A stretch of DNA of 64,000 bases, from positions 1-64,000 of the forward strand of contig NIVC01003469.1 in NCBI GenBank assembly GCA_002269645.1, read 5' to 3'. Positions 12,066 to 26,400 of this stretch are shown here, piece by piece. Within the stretch, counting starts at the first letter, position 1. Each line of letters starts with the position of its first letter. A program made the position numbers and the translations under genes. The notes beneath the pieces were generated by a model that was given only the letters and a program-made list of their open reading frames with translations, had not been told where the DNA came from and ran no database searches. This DNA is from Macrostomum lignano (lineage: Eukaryota).

Positions 12066-14555
12066 AACTGAACGAAAAATTTTTGAATTTATTTAAAGTG
12101 ACTTTTTGCACAAAAGAGAAGATAATCTTGCCAAGGCACGAATGCGCTTCAGTTTTTTAGATTGTCTTTATAAGCTTCGCAATAGCTAGCCTCTATAGCT
12201 TGCTTTAATTTTGGCACGTGGGAAAATATTATTCCAAGCACTTCCGTTTTGCACTAGGATTTTTACGAGAGTATTGACAATAATTAGACAAAGAAGTTGT
12301 TTATGAATTCCAACAAATTAAATTAAGCTAATGCTCACTACAGGCGGTATTTATAAATGCAGCGTAGTCTAAAAGTTTTAGACGGTCTCTGACTGTTTTT
12401 ACCCTGGCTGCCTTCTGGCGGCATTTCTCGGGTTGTGCACAATATCCAATTGACCTGCCCGTCGGGTAGCTCCATCCCAAAGTGCCCTCACCGGAGGTGA
12501 TGTGCATTCCAAAAAAAACTTTTCTAAGTACTCGTATTTAAATACTTAATACTCACCAGGGTTCTGGTGACTCCTGATAGGAGCCTCGCCCTTGGTAAAT
12601 AAGCTGCCCAGACTCTCCAATCTAAAGAACTATTTCCGTAGACTTTGGGGTTTCCCTACTCTCGGTCTCGGACCGCTTTCCAATTTTTTTCCAAAATTTT
12701 TCGCGCGCACACTCGGGTTTTTGTCATCGACTTACAATTATATTGATGCGACTATATTTTTATTTAAAATTAAATTTACACAAATAGAGTAAGGGGCGGC
12801 GGTTAGTCTCAAAAAACTTAAAGACTAGCTGAAATGAAAGATTTAGACCATTTAAAAAACTTTTTTACATTAGAGACTACCGAAGGAATAGCTGCTATGG
12901 ATGCAAAATAAATAAACTAGTTCTTCGTCGTCTGACAAATCTGAAAATTTCGATATGAAAAACTGTAAAAAAGATAATTTTTAAATACCCACGACTAAAA
13001 AGTCTGTCTTTTTCCTCAAAATTTTTCTTCCGCTGAAAATACGAGCCGTATGCCCAAATTAAAAAACTTTTTCGCTTGCATTATTTGCTTAGTTTGTTTT
13101 TCGAATGTCGAAAAATGAAAATCGAACACAATTATACAATTGGGAGCAATAGAATTGTAAACATGAAAAACTTAAGCTCTCATGAAATTTTTGAAGGCTT
13201 TGATAGTTTCCGGAAACATCAGTACCGCAAATTTAAGGACATGTTATATTAATTATTACCCAATTCGATAAACTTTAAATCAATGTCCGGTACTGATATC
13301 GTTCGAAAACTTTAAGCCCTTAAAATCTTCAAAAACGTAATAGTGCTGTACTTGTACTTACAAAAATAAAGCCTTTAAATTTACTCTAAAAATCTAACAT
13401 CCAGTTTTTGTTATAAATGCACAGTGCAACAACAGACCGAAATATTTTATTTCGTAAAACACATTCTGCTTTTTATAAACAATTCTATTGATTTTTTGTA
13501 ATTTTTGTGAAACCCATATTTTATTTTGTTCTCGGCACCAAAAGAAAGGATCGCACGATGAAAACGATTTTCATTGCTCAGAGTTTCTTATTTCTAAAAA
13601 AACTTAATGGGTGCACAAATTTTAGAAATACATATTAGCTAATGAGAGTATTTGCGCTATGAAATTTGCCCGGAGAGCAAAGCAACTTAGAGAAGTTTGC
13701 ATCTTCATCTTTTTTCTTTCTTTTTTATTCAAAATTAAACTTTAAAACAGCAAATCAAATAAAAAACTGTACTTGAGCTTGTGGTGTCGCTATAACTGGT
13801 TTAATTTTTCACTTTCAGACTTGAACGCATTTGTTGACCTCTTCGCCAAGATTTGCGATCGACTACTTACGAGCGTACTTACTGGGCAGTAGTCTAGCAA
13901 GCTAAATTTGAAGCTAGATTGTGAAAAGGGTAAGCTGCTCATACTGCATAGTAGCCGCACATATATGTATTTAATATTAATAAGCAGACCGACGCGTACA
14001 GGCAGACAGAAAGACATGAAAATGCAAATAAAATATAAATTTCTTTTTCAGCACACCCTTACGGAAATCAGCTCATCAACTTGGGAGGAGCCATCAACTG
14101 GAGCTAATACTTAAAATAGTGTCTACCGGTAGCGAGTCAAATATAAACGCAAAAAATCCCATATTCTGAGGTGCCAAAACTCATTCAAACTCCCATGCCA
14201 GCTGCATGTGGCGAGCTGCAATACGTAAAATCAAAATTCCTTTTTTCATTTATAGAGCTGCAATACGTAAAATCAAAATTCCTTTTTTCATTTAAAGCAT
14301 TTTTCGTCTGTTTTCAAATGAAATTGCATTTGTTTTAACGTGATTTTCTGAAGAAAAAAAGTTTGTTGTCATGCAATTAATTGAAAATCGTTAAACTCTT
14401 TTTTCATTTAAAACGGAGCCTGTCATGTATACAGTATTTGCTAACAAACTTGCATTTTATGAAGTTTATAATAAAGGTTTTTACCTTGCAGTTGGCCTTT
14501 GATCTGCGGGCAAAAATTTAAACGAAAATTCTTACATTTATTGAATGTGTCCGCC

Positions 14556-15043
<488 letters not shown>

Positions 15044-15582
15044 GGTGCGGGTCAACTGTCGCCTTTTTTGCGGCACTTTGTTATTATGCACTAATTTGAT
15101 TTTGTTATACGAGCTATAAATTCAACTGATGTGGTGGGCCTCATACGAGCTATAATGAAACAACGATATGTATCGAAAGAAATGTTGAAATTTCTTAGAA
15201 ATCTTTTTAAAAAGTGTCTACCCAAAATGGAAATTTCCAAGCCTCTGAAATTAGAGAAAAGTAAAAGTTTAAAATTTCACAGTTCTTCAAAATATCTGCT
15301 TTATTTTTTTAGTTGAATCTCGGCGAATTCATAAATTTTATCGAAGGAGGGCCCCAGACAGATAAAATATTGATAGACTGCAATAAATTTAAAACCGTTC
15401 AGAGGCTATGAAAATCAAGGATGAGTTTGTATTTGTATCCTTTGCCAGAACTGTAGTAGCAAATCTTCGTGATAGAAATTAAAATTCTCGGCTAGGAAAG
15501 TTTTATGCTCAGTTCTCGTATCGAAGTTGAAAAAATGGTAAATCTGAATATTTTCGACTGGCATCCGCGGGCATCAGTGGCG

Positions 15583-15616
15583 CAAGGACCACTAGAAGTA
15601 ACTTCTAGTGGTCCTT
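15583..15616. repeat. Near-perfect short palindrome flanked by 8-bp direct repeats CAGTGGCG
   Basis: AAGGACCACTAGAAG-TAA-CTTCTAGTGGTCCTT at 15584-15616; CAGTGGCG at 15575-15582 and 15617-15624. Confidence 0.8.
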
Positions 15617-15689
15617 CAGTGGCGTAGCCAGGAATTTCAATTGGGAGGGGCCGGGTTGGCCTGGCTGACCATGCCTTATGCCATTGCCA

Positions 15690-16410
15690 CTTTTGGCGCC
15701 GCAGGCACTCATTTTGGCGCCGCAGGCACTCATTTTGGCGCCGCAGGCACTCATTTTGGCGCCGCAGGCACTCATTTTGGCGCCGCAGGCACTCATTTTG
15801 GCGCCGCAGGCACACATTTTGGCGCTGCAGGCACTCATTTTAGCGCCGCAGGCACTCATTTTGGCGCCGAAGGCACACTCATTATGGCGCTGCAGGCACT
15901 CATTTTGGCGCCGCAGGCACTCATTTTGGCACCGCAGACACTCATTTTGGCGCTGCAGGCACTCATTTTGGCGCCGCAGGCACTCATTTTGGCGCCGCAG
16001 GCACACTCATTATGGCGCCGCAGGCACACATTTTGGCGCTGCAGGCACTCATTTTGGCGCCGCAGGCACTCATTTTGGCGCCGCAGGCACACTCATTATG
16101 GCGCCGCAGGCACACATTTTGGCGCTGCAGGCACTCATTTTAGCACCGCAGGCACTCATTTTGGCGCCGCAGGCACACTCATTATGGCGCTGCAGGCACT
16201 CATTTTGGCGCCGCAGGCACACTCATTATGGCGCCGCAGGCACACATTTTGGCGCTGCAGGCACTCATTTTAGCGCCGCAGGCACTCATTTTGGCGCCGC
16301 AGGCACACTCATTATGGCGCTGCAGGCACTCATTTTGGCGCCGCAGGCACACTCATTTTGGCGCCGCAGGCACTCATTTTGGCGCCGCAGGCACTCATGT
16401 TAGCGCCGCA
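15690..16410. repeat. 21-bp minisatellite (TTTTGGCGCCGCAGGCACTCA)n
   Basis: Direct tandem repetition with 23-bp variants. Confidence 0.95.
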
Positions 16411-17039
16411 GGCACTCAGTTTTTGGTACCCGCCGCGCCCAACCCCACCCCCCAGGCGATTGGGGGGGGGGGCATTATGAAGAGAAATTTGCATTCTAAG
16501 GAGGAAAATTGTGAGGATTTTTTCGGAAATCCCTCATGAGGATTTGGGGAGTGAGAGGGAGAGTTTGCCCTTTCTTAAGATTCTATATTTAATCCTGGAA
16601 TTTGGATGCATGCACTGCATTGATCCGCGATTCTCGCCACATGTATCATTTTTGTTTAGTAGCGGCAAATTTGCTTTTTAGATTTGGGTCAGAAGCTTTG
16701 GCCTCTGCAGTTGGGGGGGGGGGACTTTGGCGCTGAATCGGAGGAACCAAAAGTTCCTTGTAGGTTCAGATTTAAAATCTGATTATAGGATCGTAGGAGT
16801 TTTCGTTATATTTACAACGAGAGTATAGCGGTGCTCGATCACAACAATAACAAAAGTATGTTAAATTTATACGAATAATGAATTAACAATTTGCATTTTA
16901 ACTGGTTCTTTAGACAAATTTACTAGTGTCAGATTTATTAGTTTATCTACGGTGCTATAATACTAAAGCAGAAGTGGCCCAAGAGCTTCACTTGTGGATT
17001 TTTTTTTTAATTCAGGAAAACATTGGTTCGTTCCATACG

Positions 17040-17560
17040 AACTTTGGGAGAGATTTAGGAGATTTGTGACATCCAGGAGGATTTGAGGAGGTTTAGGAAA
17101 ATTCTGAAAGATTCGGGGAGATTTAAGGGGATTCGGAGCGATTCGGGGAGATTTGGGGAGTTTTAAGGGGATTCGGGGAGATTCGGGGAGTTTTGGGGAG
17201 TTTTGAGGGGATTCGGGGAGATTCGGGGAGATTTGGGGAGTTTTGAGGGGATTCGGGGAGATTCAGGGAGATTTGGGGAGTTTTGAGGGGATTCGGGGAG
17301 ATTCGGGGAGATTCGGGGAGATTTTGGGAGATTCGGGGAGATTCTGCATGGGAGATGCGAGGAGATTCGGGGAGATTTGGGGAGATTCGGGGAGATTTGG
17401 GAAGATTCGGAGAGATTTCGGGAGATTGCGAGAGATTTGGGGAGATTCGAAAGGATTTGGGTAGATTTGAGGGGATTCAAGGAGATTCGGGAGGATTAGG
17501 GGAGATTCAGGTAGACTTGATGGGATTCGGAGATATTCGGTGAGATTGGGGGAGATTTGA
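17040..17560. repeat. 10-bp repeat (GGAGATTCGG)n
   Basis: Degenerate tandem repetition. Confidence 0.85.
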
Positions 17561-17670
17561 ATACCGTGATCGCTAGATTAGTTGTTTTTTTACAAAAAAA
17601 ATTTTCAGATACAGTATTTGGGAGACAGGCTGAGGAATCTCTGAGGCGATTGCCACCACCAGCTGACCAG

Positions 17671-19290
17671 TCAGTGCCTGCCTCGTCCAGTCTTGTGCGT
17701 GTAGAACTTGTTGAAGTTCTCCGTGATGATCGGCACGGGAATGGCCAGAGTCAACACCCCGGCCACTGCGCACACGGAGCCCACCAGTTTGCCCAGCGGG
17801 CCCTTCGGCACCTTGTCGCCGTAGCCCACAGTGCACATGGTGATCACCGCCCACCAGAACGCGTCCGGGATGCTCTCGATCTGCGAGCCCTTTACCTCGC
17901 TCTCCACATAATAGATGGTGGATGAGAACAGCAAGATGCAGACAACCAGAGCCACTAGGAATAACCCCAGGCCTTCAATGCTGGCCCGGAAGGTGAGCAC
18001 GAGAACCTGCAGGCCGTCGAAGTGCTTGGTGAGCTTGAACACCCGGATGAGGCGGACAACTCGCAGGAAGGCGAGCGAAGCACTGGACTTAGCGCCTTCG
18101 CAGCTCATGGTGATGAGCACGTTTGTCAGGGTAACGTAATAGGGAACTATGGCCGAGAAGTCCACGGCGTTCTTCATGTCCTTGATGAAGGCCTGCTTGG
18201 ACGGGCAGACGCTGAACCTGACCAGCAGCTCCAGGGTGAACCATGCGGTGCACGCAGTTTCAATGATGAAGAACGGATCCAGGAAGTTCGGCATCTCGTC
18301 GCCGACACAGTGCGAATCTTTGAACTCTTTGAGCGTCTCAACGCAGAATAGGATGATGGACACCACGGTGAAGAGCACCGACACGATGGCGACAAAGAAC
18401 GCCGGGGTGCTGGTCTCCGGGTACTCGAACAGCATCCAGATGCGCCTCTTCACCGGGTGATCCGGGAGGACGACAGTCTCCGAGATGTAGCCCTCGTCCT
18501 TCTTGTAGGCGTCCACCACCTCGCGCTCGATCTCGTAGAACTCCAACTCGGACAGGAAGATGTCGTCCGTGACAGTCGGTGGTCGCTTCAGCTTGCCGCC
18601 GTAGAGATAATAATTAAATATGGCTTCGAAGGTGGGCCGGTGCCTGTCCAAGAAGTACTCCCGGTGTTTGGCATCGTAGTACGGGGCCCGCTTTTGCGGA
18701 TTGCCCAGCAGGGTCCTGGGGTGCTGGTTGAGCACGCCCAGGCGGGTCTCGAAGTGCATGCCGGACACATTGAGCCGGACTCGCTCGCAGCCTAGCAGGT
18801 GGCAGTCGTGGAAGCTCCTGACGGGAGGCGCGACGCATTTGGCCGCTGATGAAGCTCGAACGGACGCTACTGGCTCAACGTCCTCGTCCGACTGTTCTGC
18901 CTCTTCGCCTCCCTGCAAGTCTTTGTTATCATCAACGGAGTCTTTGTTGCTGCCGGACCTGCAAAGCCGCGGCCTCCGCTGCGGCAGGTGCGACAGCGTC
19001 GGCTCGAATCGCACCTGATGACCTCCGCCGCCTCCAGCGACCGAGGCCCAGCTGTTCTTCCCGCGCCTCCTGACGCCGCCGCCGCCGCTGCGAAAGCTCG
19101 ACCGGCTGAGCAGCCCCGCCGACTGCTGCGCGCTCTGCTGCCAGCCGATCATGCCGCCTCCGCCGCCTCCGCCGCCACCGCCGCCGCCGCCGCCGTAGCC
19201 GCTGTTTCTCCTGTCATCGTCCAGATGATGATGGTGACCGCCGCCGCCCCCGCCGAAGCTCGGGCTCATGTAGGACGGCACGTACAGCAT
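17671..19290 (-). CDS. Shaker: Shaker/Kv1-family voltage-gated potassium channel, single coding exon, 539 aa
   Basis: T1 domain (CERVRLNVSGMHFET..EYFLDRHRPTFEAI), S1-S6, pore WWAVITMCTVGYGD, S6 PVP motif; Gly/His-rich N-terminus; acceptor TTTCCAG near 19447 suggests upstream non-coding exons. Confidence 0.95.
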   Translation of the reverse strand: MLYVPSYMSPSFGGGGGGHHHHLDDDRRNSGYGGGGGGGGGGGGGGMIGWQQSAQQSAGLLSRSSFRSGGGGVRRRGKNSWASVAGGGGGHQVRFEPTLSHLPQRRPRLCRSGSNKDSVDDNKDLQGGEEAEQSDEDVEPVASVRASSAAKCVAPPVRSFHDCHLLGCERVRLNVSGMHFETRLGVLNQHPRTLLGNPQKRAPYYDAKHREYFLDRHRPTFEAIFNYYLYGGKLKRPPTVTDDIFLSELEFYEIEREVVDAYKKDEGYISETVVLPDHPVKRRIWMLFEYPETSTPAFFVAIVSVLFTVVSIILFCVETLKEFKDSHCVGDEMPNFLDPFFIIETACTAWFTLELLVRFSVCPSKQAFIKDMKNAVDFSAIVPYYVTLTNVLITMSCEGAKSSASLAFLRVVRLIRVFKLTKHFDGLQVLVLTFRASIEGLGLFLVALVVCILLFSSTIYYVESEVKGSQIESIPDAFWWAVITMCTVGYGDKVPKGPLGKLVGSVCAVAGVLTLAIPVPIITENFNKFYTHKTGRGRH

Positions 19291-19479
19291 GGCGGATCAG
19301 CCTGTGTGTAGGAGGAGCAGAGAGGTTGAGAAGGCTGGAAGCTCCGATTTGTTGGGGAGATTTCTCCCACTGTTTCCTGATTTGCTCTGCATCAGTTTGT
19401 TTGGCTTTTAGAGGCTTCTTCAGGGCACTTTTGGGACTCACATTTCCTGGAAATTAAGACGAAATGTGAATGGGAATCT

Positions 19480-19765
19480 AAGTGATCAGTTAAAGAGCGG
19501 AAATGGATCTGAGTGATCAGGTAGACAGCGGAAGTGGATCTGAGTGATCAGGCAGAGAGCGGAAGTGAATCTGAGGGATCAGGTAGAAAGCGGAAGTGGA
19601 TCTGAGTGATCAGGTAGAAAGCGGAAGTGGATCTGAGGGATCAGGTAGAAAGCGGAAGTGAATCTGAGAATCAGGTAGAAAGCGGAAGAGGATATAACTG
19701 ATAGAGAGGAGAGAGGAGGTAGAGAGCGGAAATGAGAGAGAAATGAATCTCAGTGATCAGTTAAA
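19480..19765. repeat. 31-bp minisatellite (GATCTGAGTGATCAGGTAGAAAGCGGAAGTG)n
   Basis: About 7 tandem units. Confidence 0.85.
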
Positions 19766-20299
19766 GAGGACAATATATGTTCTTAACTGGGTCCGGTAGT
19801 TAGTTTGTAAAAGTCGACTTTAAATTCTTTGTATACTACTATATATGTATGTATTCTAAGTAGTGTAGTCAGAATAAAAATTCACAAATAAAAAAAATAG
19901 GAGCATAAAGCTTTTTAATCTCTGGATTAGCGCATCGTACCCGGATTAAACGATTACGAAATCCGGAAGGTTAAAATAGGATTCGCGGCTACGGACATTA
20001 TTTTGGTGCAGGCATAACTCAAAGGCAAACGGCGATGCCCGATGAAGAAGCTGAGTCTATCTCACCGTGATGAGGTAGGTCTGCTTCTCTTTGCGCATAG
20101 CAATGAAAACAGCATGCGAGCGTGTAATGCCTGAAGACTTCCTTCCAACTGTCTGTCTGACTGTTTTGACTCGGCTGGCTTCCACATGCCATGCGGGTGG
20201 GAGATGGCATTATTGTTTCTAAGAAAGCCCTACGCTTGTTTAGTAGAACAGCAAATGCTCTAGCACTGAATTTTTGTAAATTTAAAGAAATTTGATTCA

Positions 20300-20740
20300 C
20301 GATTGGCGCCAACTTTTAGTCAGAATTGGCGTCGAATTTGAGTCAGGATTGGCGCCAAATTTGAGTCAGGATTGGCGCTAAATTTGAGTCAGGATTGGCA
20401 CCAACTTTGAATCAGGATTGGCACCAAATTTGAGTCAGGATTGGAGCCGAATTTGAGTCAGGATTAGCACCAAATTTGAATCAGGATTGACGCCAAATTT
20501 GAGCCAGGATTGGCGTCAAATTTGAGTCAGGATTGACGCCAAATTCGAGTCAGGATTGGAGCTAAATTTGAGTCAGGATTGGCGTCAAATTTGAGTCAGG
20601 ATTGGCGTCAAATTTGAGTCAGGATTGGAGCCACATATGAGTCAGGGTTGGCGCAGAAAATGAGTCAGGTTTAGCACCAAAACTACGTTAGGGTTGGCGC
20701 CTAAGTTGAGACAAGATTAGCGCCACTTTTGACGCCAAAA
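20300..20740. repeat. 23-bp minisatellite (TTGGCGCCAAATTTGAGTCAGGA)n
   Basis: Degenerate tandem units. Confidence 0.85.
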
Positions 20741-21155
20741 GTTTTTGTACAGATCGTCAGTTCTGTCAGACAAAAGTCAGACGGCTTTACTGGGGGGTGG
20801 GTCAAAGCTTTCTAGCGCAATGCAAGCGGACTCCTTAGCTGCGTACTAACCGTTGCCAACTGTGCTTAACTTTTTGCACAGAAACAATAGAGTGTATTGA
20901 TTTTACAGAACCTAAATTGACTAAAAGTACTAAAAGTACTTATCATGGATGAAGCGTCAAGGACTGAACACACCACGGTACACCAGGCCCAAGTGTACCA
21001 CGAGCTGAGATTCACTGACAGTTGAAAGGAAATGACAGACAGCATCCACTTAGGGGTGAGGGTCAGCTTAAAGGTCGGCCCATAGAATGGAGCAAAAACC
21101 TTGAAAATAAGATGAAACTGGCAGAAGCGAAACACAACATATTACAGACTGAAGT

Positions 21156-21705
<550 letters not shown>

Positions 21706-22144
21706 AGGCAGAATCTTCTATGCAACAGACTTGATCAGTTCCAGTTATATATAGTCTTATCAGCTCGTTCTCTCCGATACGCTCCTAAAATGAAATGGGG
21801 CAAGCTGTTGTCAAACAGCCCTCGGGGAAATGAATTTGATGCAGGGGCCACTCATGCATGCGGTGTGCACTCTGTACTAAAAACAGTGAATCCCACCAAA
21901 TCAAAAGCCGCACGGCAATCATCCCACGAAGGAATAAACTAGTTGAACTTTTTGTCAATAATCTGTTAGAAATTTTTCTGAAATTGGTCGAAAATTAACT
22001 GGGAAGAAATGAATTGACCACTGTGACCCAGCTATCAATCAAATTAGGATGAAATATTTTTAATTAAAAGAGCAAAAAAGTTCTAGTTGCTTATATGGAT
22101 CAACAGTGTCTTTTTCTGTCTAACACTGGTTGTTTGTGCCAGCT

Positions 22145-23300
22145 CTTGTCTAACATACAGGTGACACTGCTGTAGCTGCCTAACACACAGGTGACACTGC
22201 TGTCTAACACACAGGTGACACTGCTGTAGCTGCCTAACACACAGGTGACACTGCTGTCTAACACACAGGTGACACTGCTGTCTAACACACAGGTGACACT
22301 GCTGTCTAACACACAGGTGACACTGCTGTCTAACACACAGGTGACACTGCTGTCTAACACACACAGGTGACACTGCTGTCTAACACACACAGGTGACACT
22401 GCTTTCTAACACACAGGTGACACTGCTGTCTAACACACAGGTGACACTGCTGTCTAACACACAGGTGACACTGCTGTAGCTGCCTAACACACAGGTGACA
22501 CTGCTGTCTAACACACAGGTGACACTGCTGTCTAACACACACAGGTGACACTGCTGTCTAACACACACAGGTGACACTGCTGTCTAACACACACAGGTGA
22601 CACTGCTGTCTAACACACACAGGTGACACTGCTGTCTAACACACACAGGTGACACTGCTGTCTAACACACAGGTGACACTGCTGTCTAACACACACAGGT
22701 GACACTGCTGTCTAACACACACAGGTGACACTGCTGTCTAACACACAGGTGACACTGCTGTCTAACACACAGGTGACACTGCTGTCTAACACACAGGTGA
22801 CACTGCTGTCTAACACACACAGGTGACACTGCTGTCTAACACACACAGGTGACACTGCTGTCTAACACACAGGTGACACTGCTGTCTAACACACAGGTGA
22901 CACTGCTGTCTAACACACAGGTGACACTGCTGTCTAACACACAGGTGACACTGCTGTCTAACACACAGGTGACACTGCTGTCTAACACACAGGTGACACT
23001 GCTGTCTAACACACAGGTGACACTGCTGTCTAACACACAGGTGACACTGCTGTCTAACACACAGGTGACACTGCTGTCTAACACACAGGTGACACTGCTG
23101 TCTAACACACAGGTGACACTACTGTTTAACACACAGGTGACACTGCTGTCTAACACACAGGTGACACTGCTGTTTAACACACAGGTGACACTGCTGTCTA
23201 ACACACAGGTGACACTGCTGTCTAACACACAGGTGACACTGCTGTCTAACACACAGGTAACACTGCTGTCTAACACACAGGTGACACTGCTGTCTAACAG
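22145..23300. repeat. 24-bp minisatellite (GTGACACTGCTGTCTAACACACAG)n with 26-bp variants
   Basis: Direct tandem repetition. Confidence 0.95.
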
Positions 23301-25307
23301 GTAATTAACAGATGGCAGTTTGTGAATATATAGTCAGATGTGATTGCATCGTTGCACTATTAAAGTTAGCAGAGCACGGCAGTCACTCACCTGCACTGAA
23401 GCGCAATTGTTCTGCAAACAATCTGCTTGGAAAGTTCTTGTCTTCAACAGGCAGACAGGCCACAGAAAATGACTGGGTAGAGAGATCAGTCGTGGCCCGC
23501 ACTTGGCTGACTGGAGGGGGAAACCTTCAAGTTGAGGAACTTTGCCTCTCCTGTCCTCTATTTGCGTTTCTTAGAAGGCGCCCCCCGCGGACTTTCTGGC
23601 AGCGCCCTGCCGCCTCTCACAATCTATCTCTTATTCTCTGCATTTCTTACTCCCGTGCAGCAGGCTATTCTATCATCCTCCACACGCATTCACTCGCGAG
23701 ATCGCCCCCCCCCCTATTCTTCATCCCATCAAGAACTGGCGCCCGGCCATTCTTCAAGTCGCTCACGGCCAACCATTGGTCCCTGCATTTTCACCTCTCG
23801 TCACCGGCCCGCCACCCAGTTACACTGCTTCTGCTGCTGCAAGTCGGCCTTCTTTTGCATTGTGCTGGCAATGTTGGATTGCTGCTTTTCCACTAGTTTT
23901 TTTAGTAGTTTTTTGTGTGTGTGGGTGCGTCGGGCTGAATATAGAAGTATATGAGGAACTTAATACACTTAACCAGCGATCAGACCGACTCATAACCCGC
24001 AATAATCCATCTTCTCTCTCTCCAAAGTCTCTCATTCACTCTGCCTCATTTCCGTCAACGGAAGAAATAAACGAGACCGGTTGAAAAGGAACCGCTGATT
24101 TCAGAGAAATCGGTAAAGAATTGAACTTCTCAAGTGTATTGCAGAGCCACAATCCAGATTATTGGGCTCATATGGTTTTTCCGACTATAGTAAAGTCAAG
24201 GCTGGGCCGAGAAGTGTGTGTAAATTTAATGCCAGGCTGAGTTTGAATGGCGGTTGAGCCAGTAAGAGGGGAGGTGAACTGGGAGTCAGAGAGAGAGAGA
24301 GAGAGAGAGGGAGATGAGAGGAGAAAAGAGGGGGAGAGGAGATGATGGGAAAGAAGATGAAGAGAGAGAGGAGAGGGTGACAAAGGAGGGGAAGAGAAAG
24401 GGATGAGAGAGGATAACTGGTATTCCAGACGATTCTCGAGAACTCCAAAGCAGAAATCAAACAGAAGGCAGTGTTATCAAAGAGCACAAAAGTGCACATG
24501 CAGTTTCCAGATAAGTCAAGCCGTCGTATCAATCACTTTCTTTGATAACTGAGCTCTATATACCCTCACACTGTTTATCAAACAGTCAGAATGCAGAGGG
24601 GCTGCTCAGACACTGCGGGCACTGAGCACAAGGTCTCTGTTTTTACTGCAGAATGTACTGGCGAGATACACAGTATTTAAAGGGATTTGTTCGAGATAGA
24701 GATAGAGTTAAATGGGGTTTTACCATAGATGTCGCCGAGGAGGTTGTGCCGAGGTCCCCACACGAATATTCCTGCGAAAATCGGCCTTCAAAAAATATCT
24801 TGGGCCTTGGGCTAATGAATCGATATGTGCTAATTAATTAGCCAAGTCTCTTTAAGATTCCGAGTTTGAATCAAAGCTGACAGCGGTCTAGATCTGCATA
24901 CAGCAACAGCAACCCAGGACACTCGTGCCAGCTAACACACTCTCGCATTTCTTGCATTAGTGTACGTGTTTCAGCCATTATTAAACTAACCAGCAGTTTC
25001 GGTCTGTGGAGTTTATTTAATTTTCCCCAAACCGGCGGTTGCAGTATCCCTGTCCAATTCAATATTTGTATAATATCTACAAGGACCCTCTCCAAGGAAT
25101 TGCCAAAACCTAGCTGTGATCCCAGTCCACACAGTTGGTGAGTCCTGCTGAAACTCAGATAAAATTATTGCGGGGATCTGCAACAGATGAGATGAAAAAT
25201 AGAATTGATAGGTGTAACAGAACTAACTATAAACACATTGCATGTTGTATGTAAGTTCAGTAATCTATAATAAAACTTAGACAGTTTTCAAATTTAATAC
25301 AAAAATA

Positions 25308-26400
25308 TAGACACCTGACTAGGACATCTGACACCCTAATAAGACACCTGAGACCCTAATTAGACACCTGAGACCCTAATTAGACACCTGAGACCCTAAT
25401 TAGACACCTGAGACCCTAATTAGACACCTGACACCCTAATAAGACACCTGAGACCCTAATTAGACACCTGACACCCTAATTAGACACCTGAGACCCTAAT
25501 TAGACACCTGACACCCTAATAAGACACCTGACACCCTAATTAGACACCTGAGACCCCAATTAGACACCTGACACCCTAATAAGACACCTGACACCCTAAT
25601 TAGACACCTGAGACCCTAATTAGACACCTGAGACCCTAATTAGACATCTGACACCCTAATAAGACACCTGAGACCCTAATAAGACACCTGACACCCTAAT
25701 TAGACACCTGAGACCCCAATTAGACACCTGACACCCTAATAAGACACCTGACACCCTAATTAGACACCTGAGACCCTAATTAGACACCTGAGACCCTAAT
25801 TAGACATCTGACACCCTAATAAGACACCTGAGACCCTAATTAGACACCTGACACCCTAATTAGACACCTGAGACCCTAATTAGACACCTGACACCCTAAT
25901 AAGACACCTGACACCCTAATTAGACACCTGAGACCCCAATTAGACACCTGACACCCTAATAAGACACCTGACACCCTAATTAGACACCTGAGACCCTAAT
26001 TAGACTCCTGAGACCCTAATTAGACACCTGAGACCCTAATTAAGACACCTGACACACTAATTAGACACCCGATACTCTTATTAGATACCTGAAACCCTAA
26101 CTGAGACACCTGAAACCCTAACTGAGACACCTGACACCCTAATTGAGAAACCTGACACCCCGATTTGGGCACCTGACACCCTAATTTGACGCCTGACACC
26201 CTAATTAAGGCTTACCTGACACCCTAATTTGACGCCTGACACCCTAATTAAGGCTTACCTGACACTCCGAGACATCTGACTCCCTAATTGAGACACCTGA
26301 CACCCTGATTTGGACACCTGACACCCTAATTAAGACGTACCTGACACTCTGAGACATCTGACACCCTAATCAGACATATCTAACACCCTAATCTAGACAC
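25308..26400. repeat. 20-bp minisatellite (AGACACCTGAGACCCTAATT)n, degenerating to the right
   Basis: Direct tandem repetition. Confidence 0.95.

Noticed and set aside
17557-19441. Several antisense and alternative-frame ORFs over the Kv gene
   Set aside because: Expected shadows of a GC-rich coding sequence; the same holds over DHODH, gag-pol and the 734-aa gene
22145-23300. Regular 24-bp array resembling CRISPR periodicity
   Set aside because: No unique spacers, no cas genes, eukaryotic context; none of the arrays in the window is a CRISPR
25308-26400. CCCTAA in each unit, suggesting an interstitial telomere
   Set aside because: Only one hexamer per 20-bp unit, with no (TTAGGG)n runs
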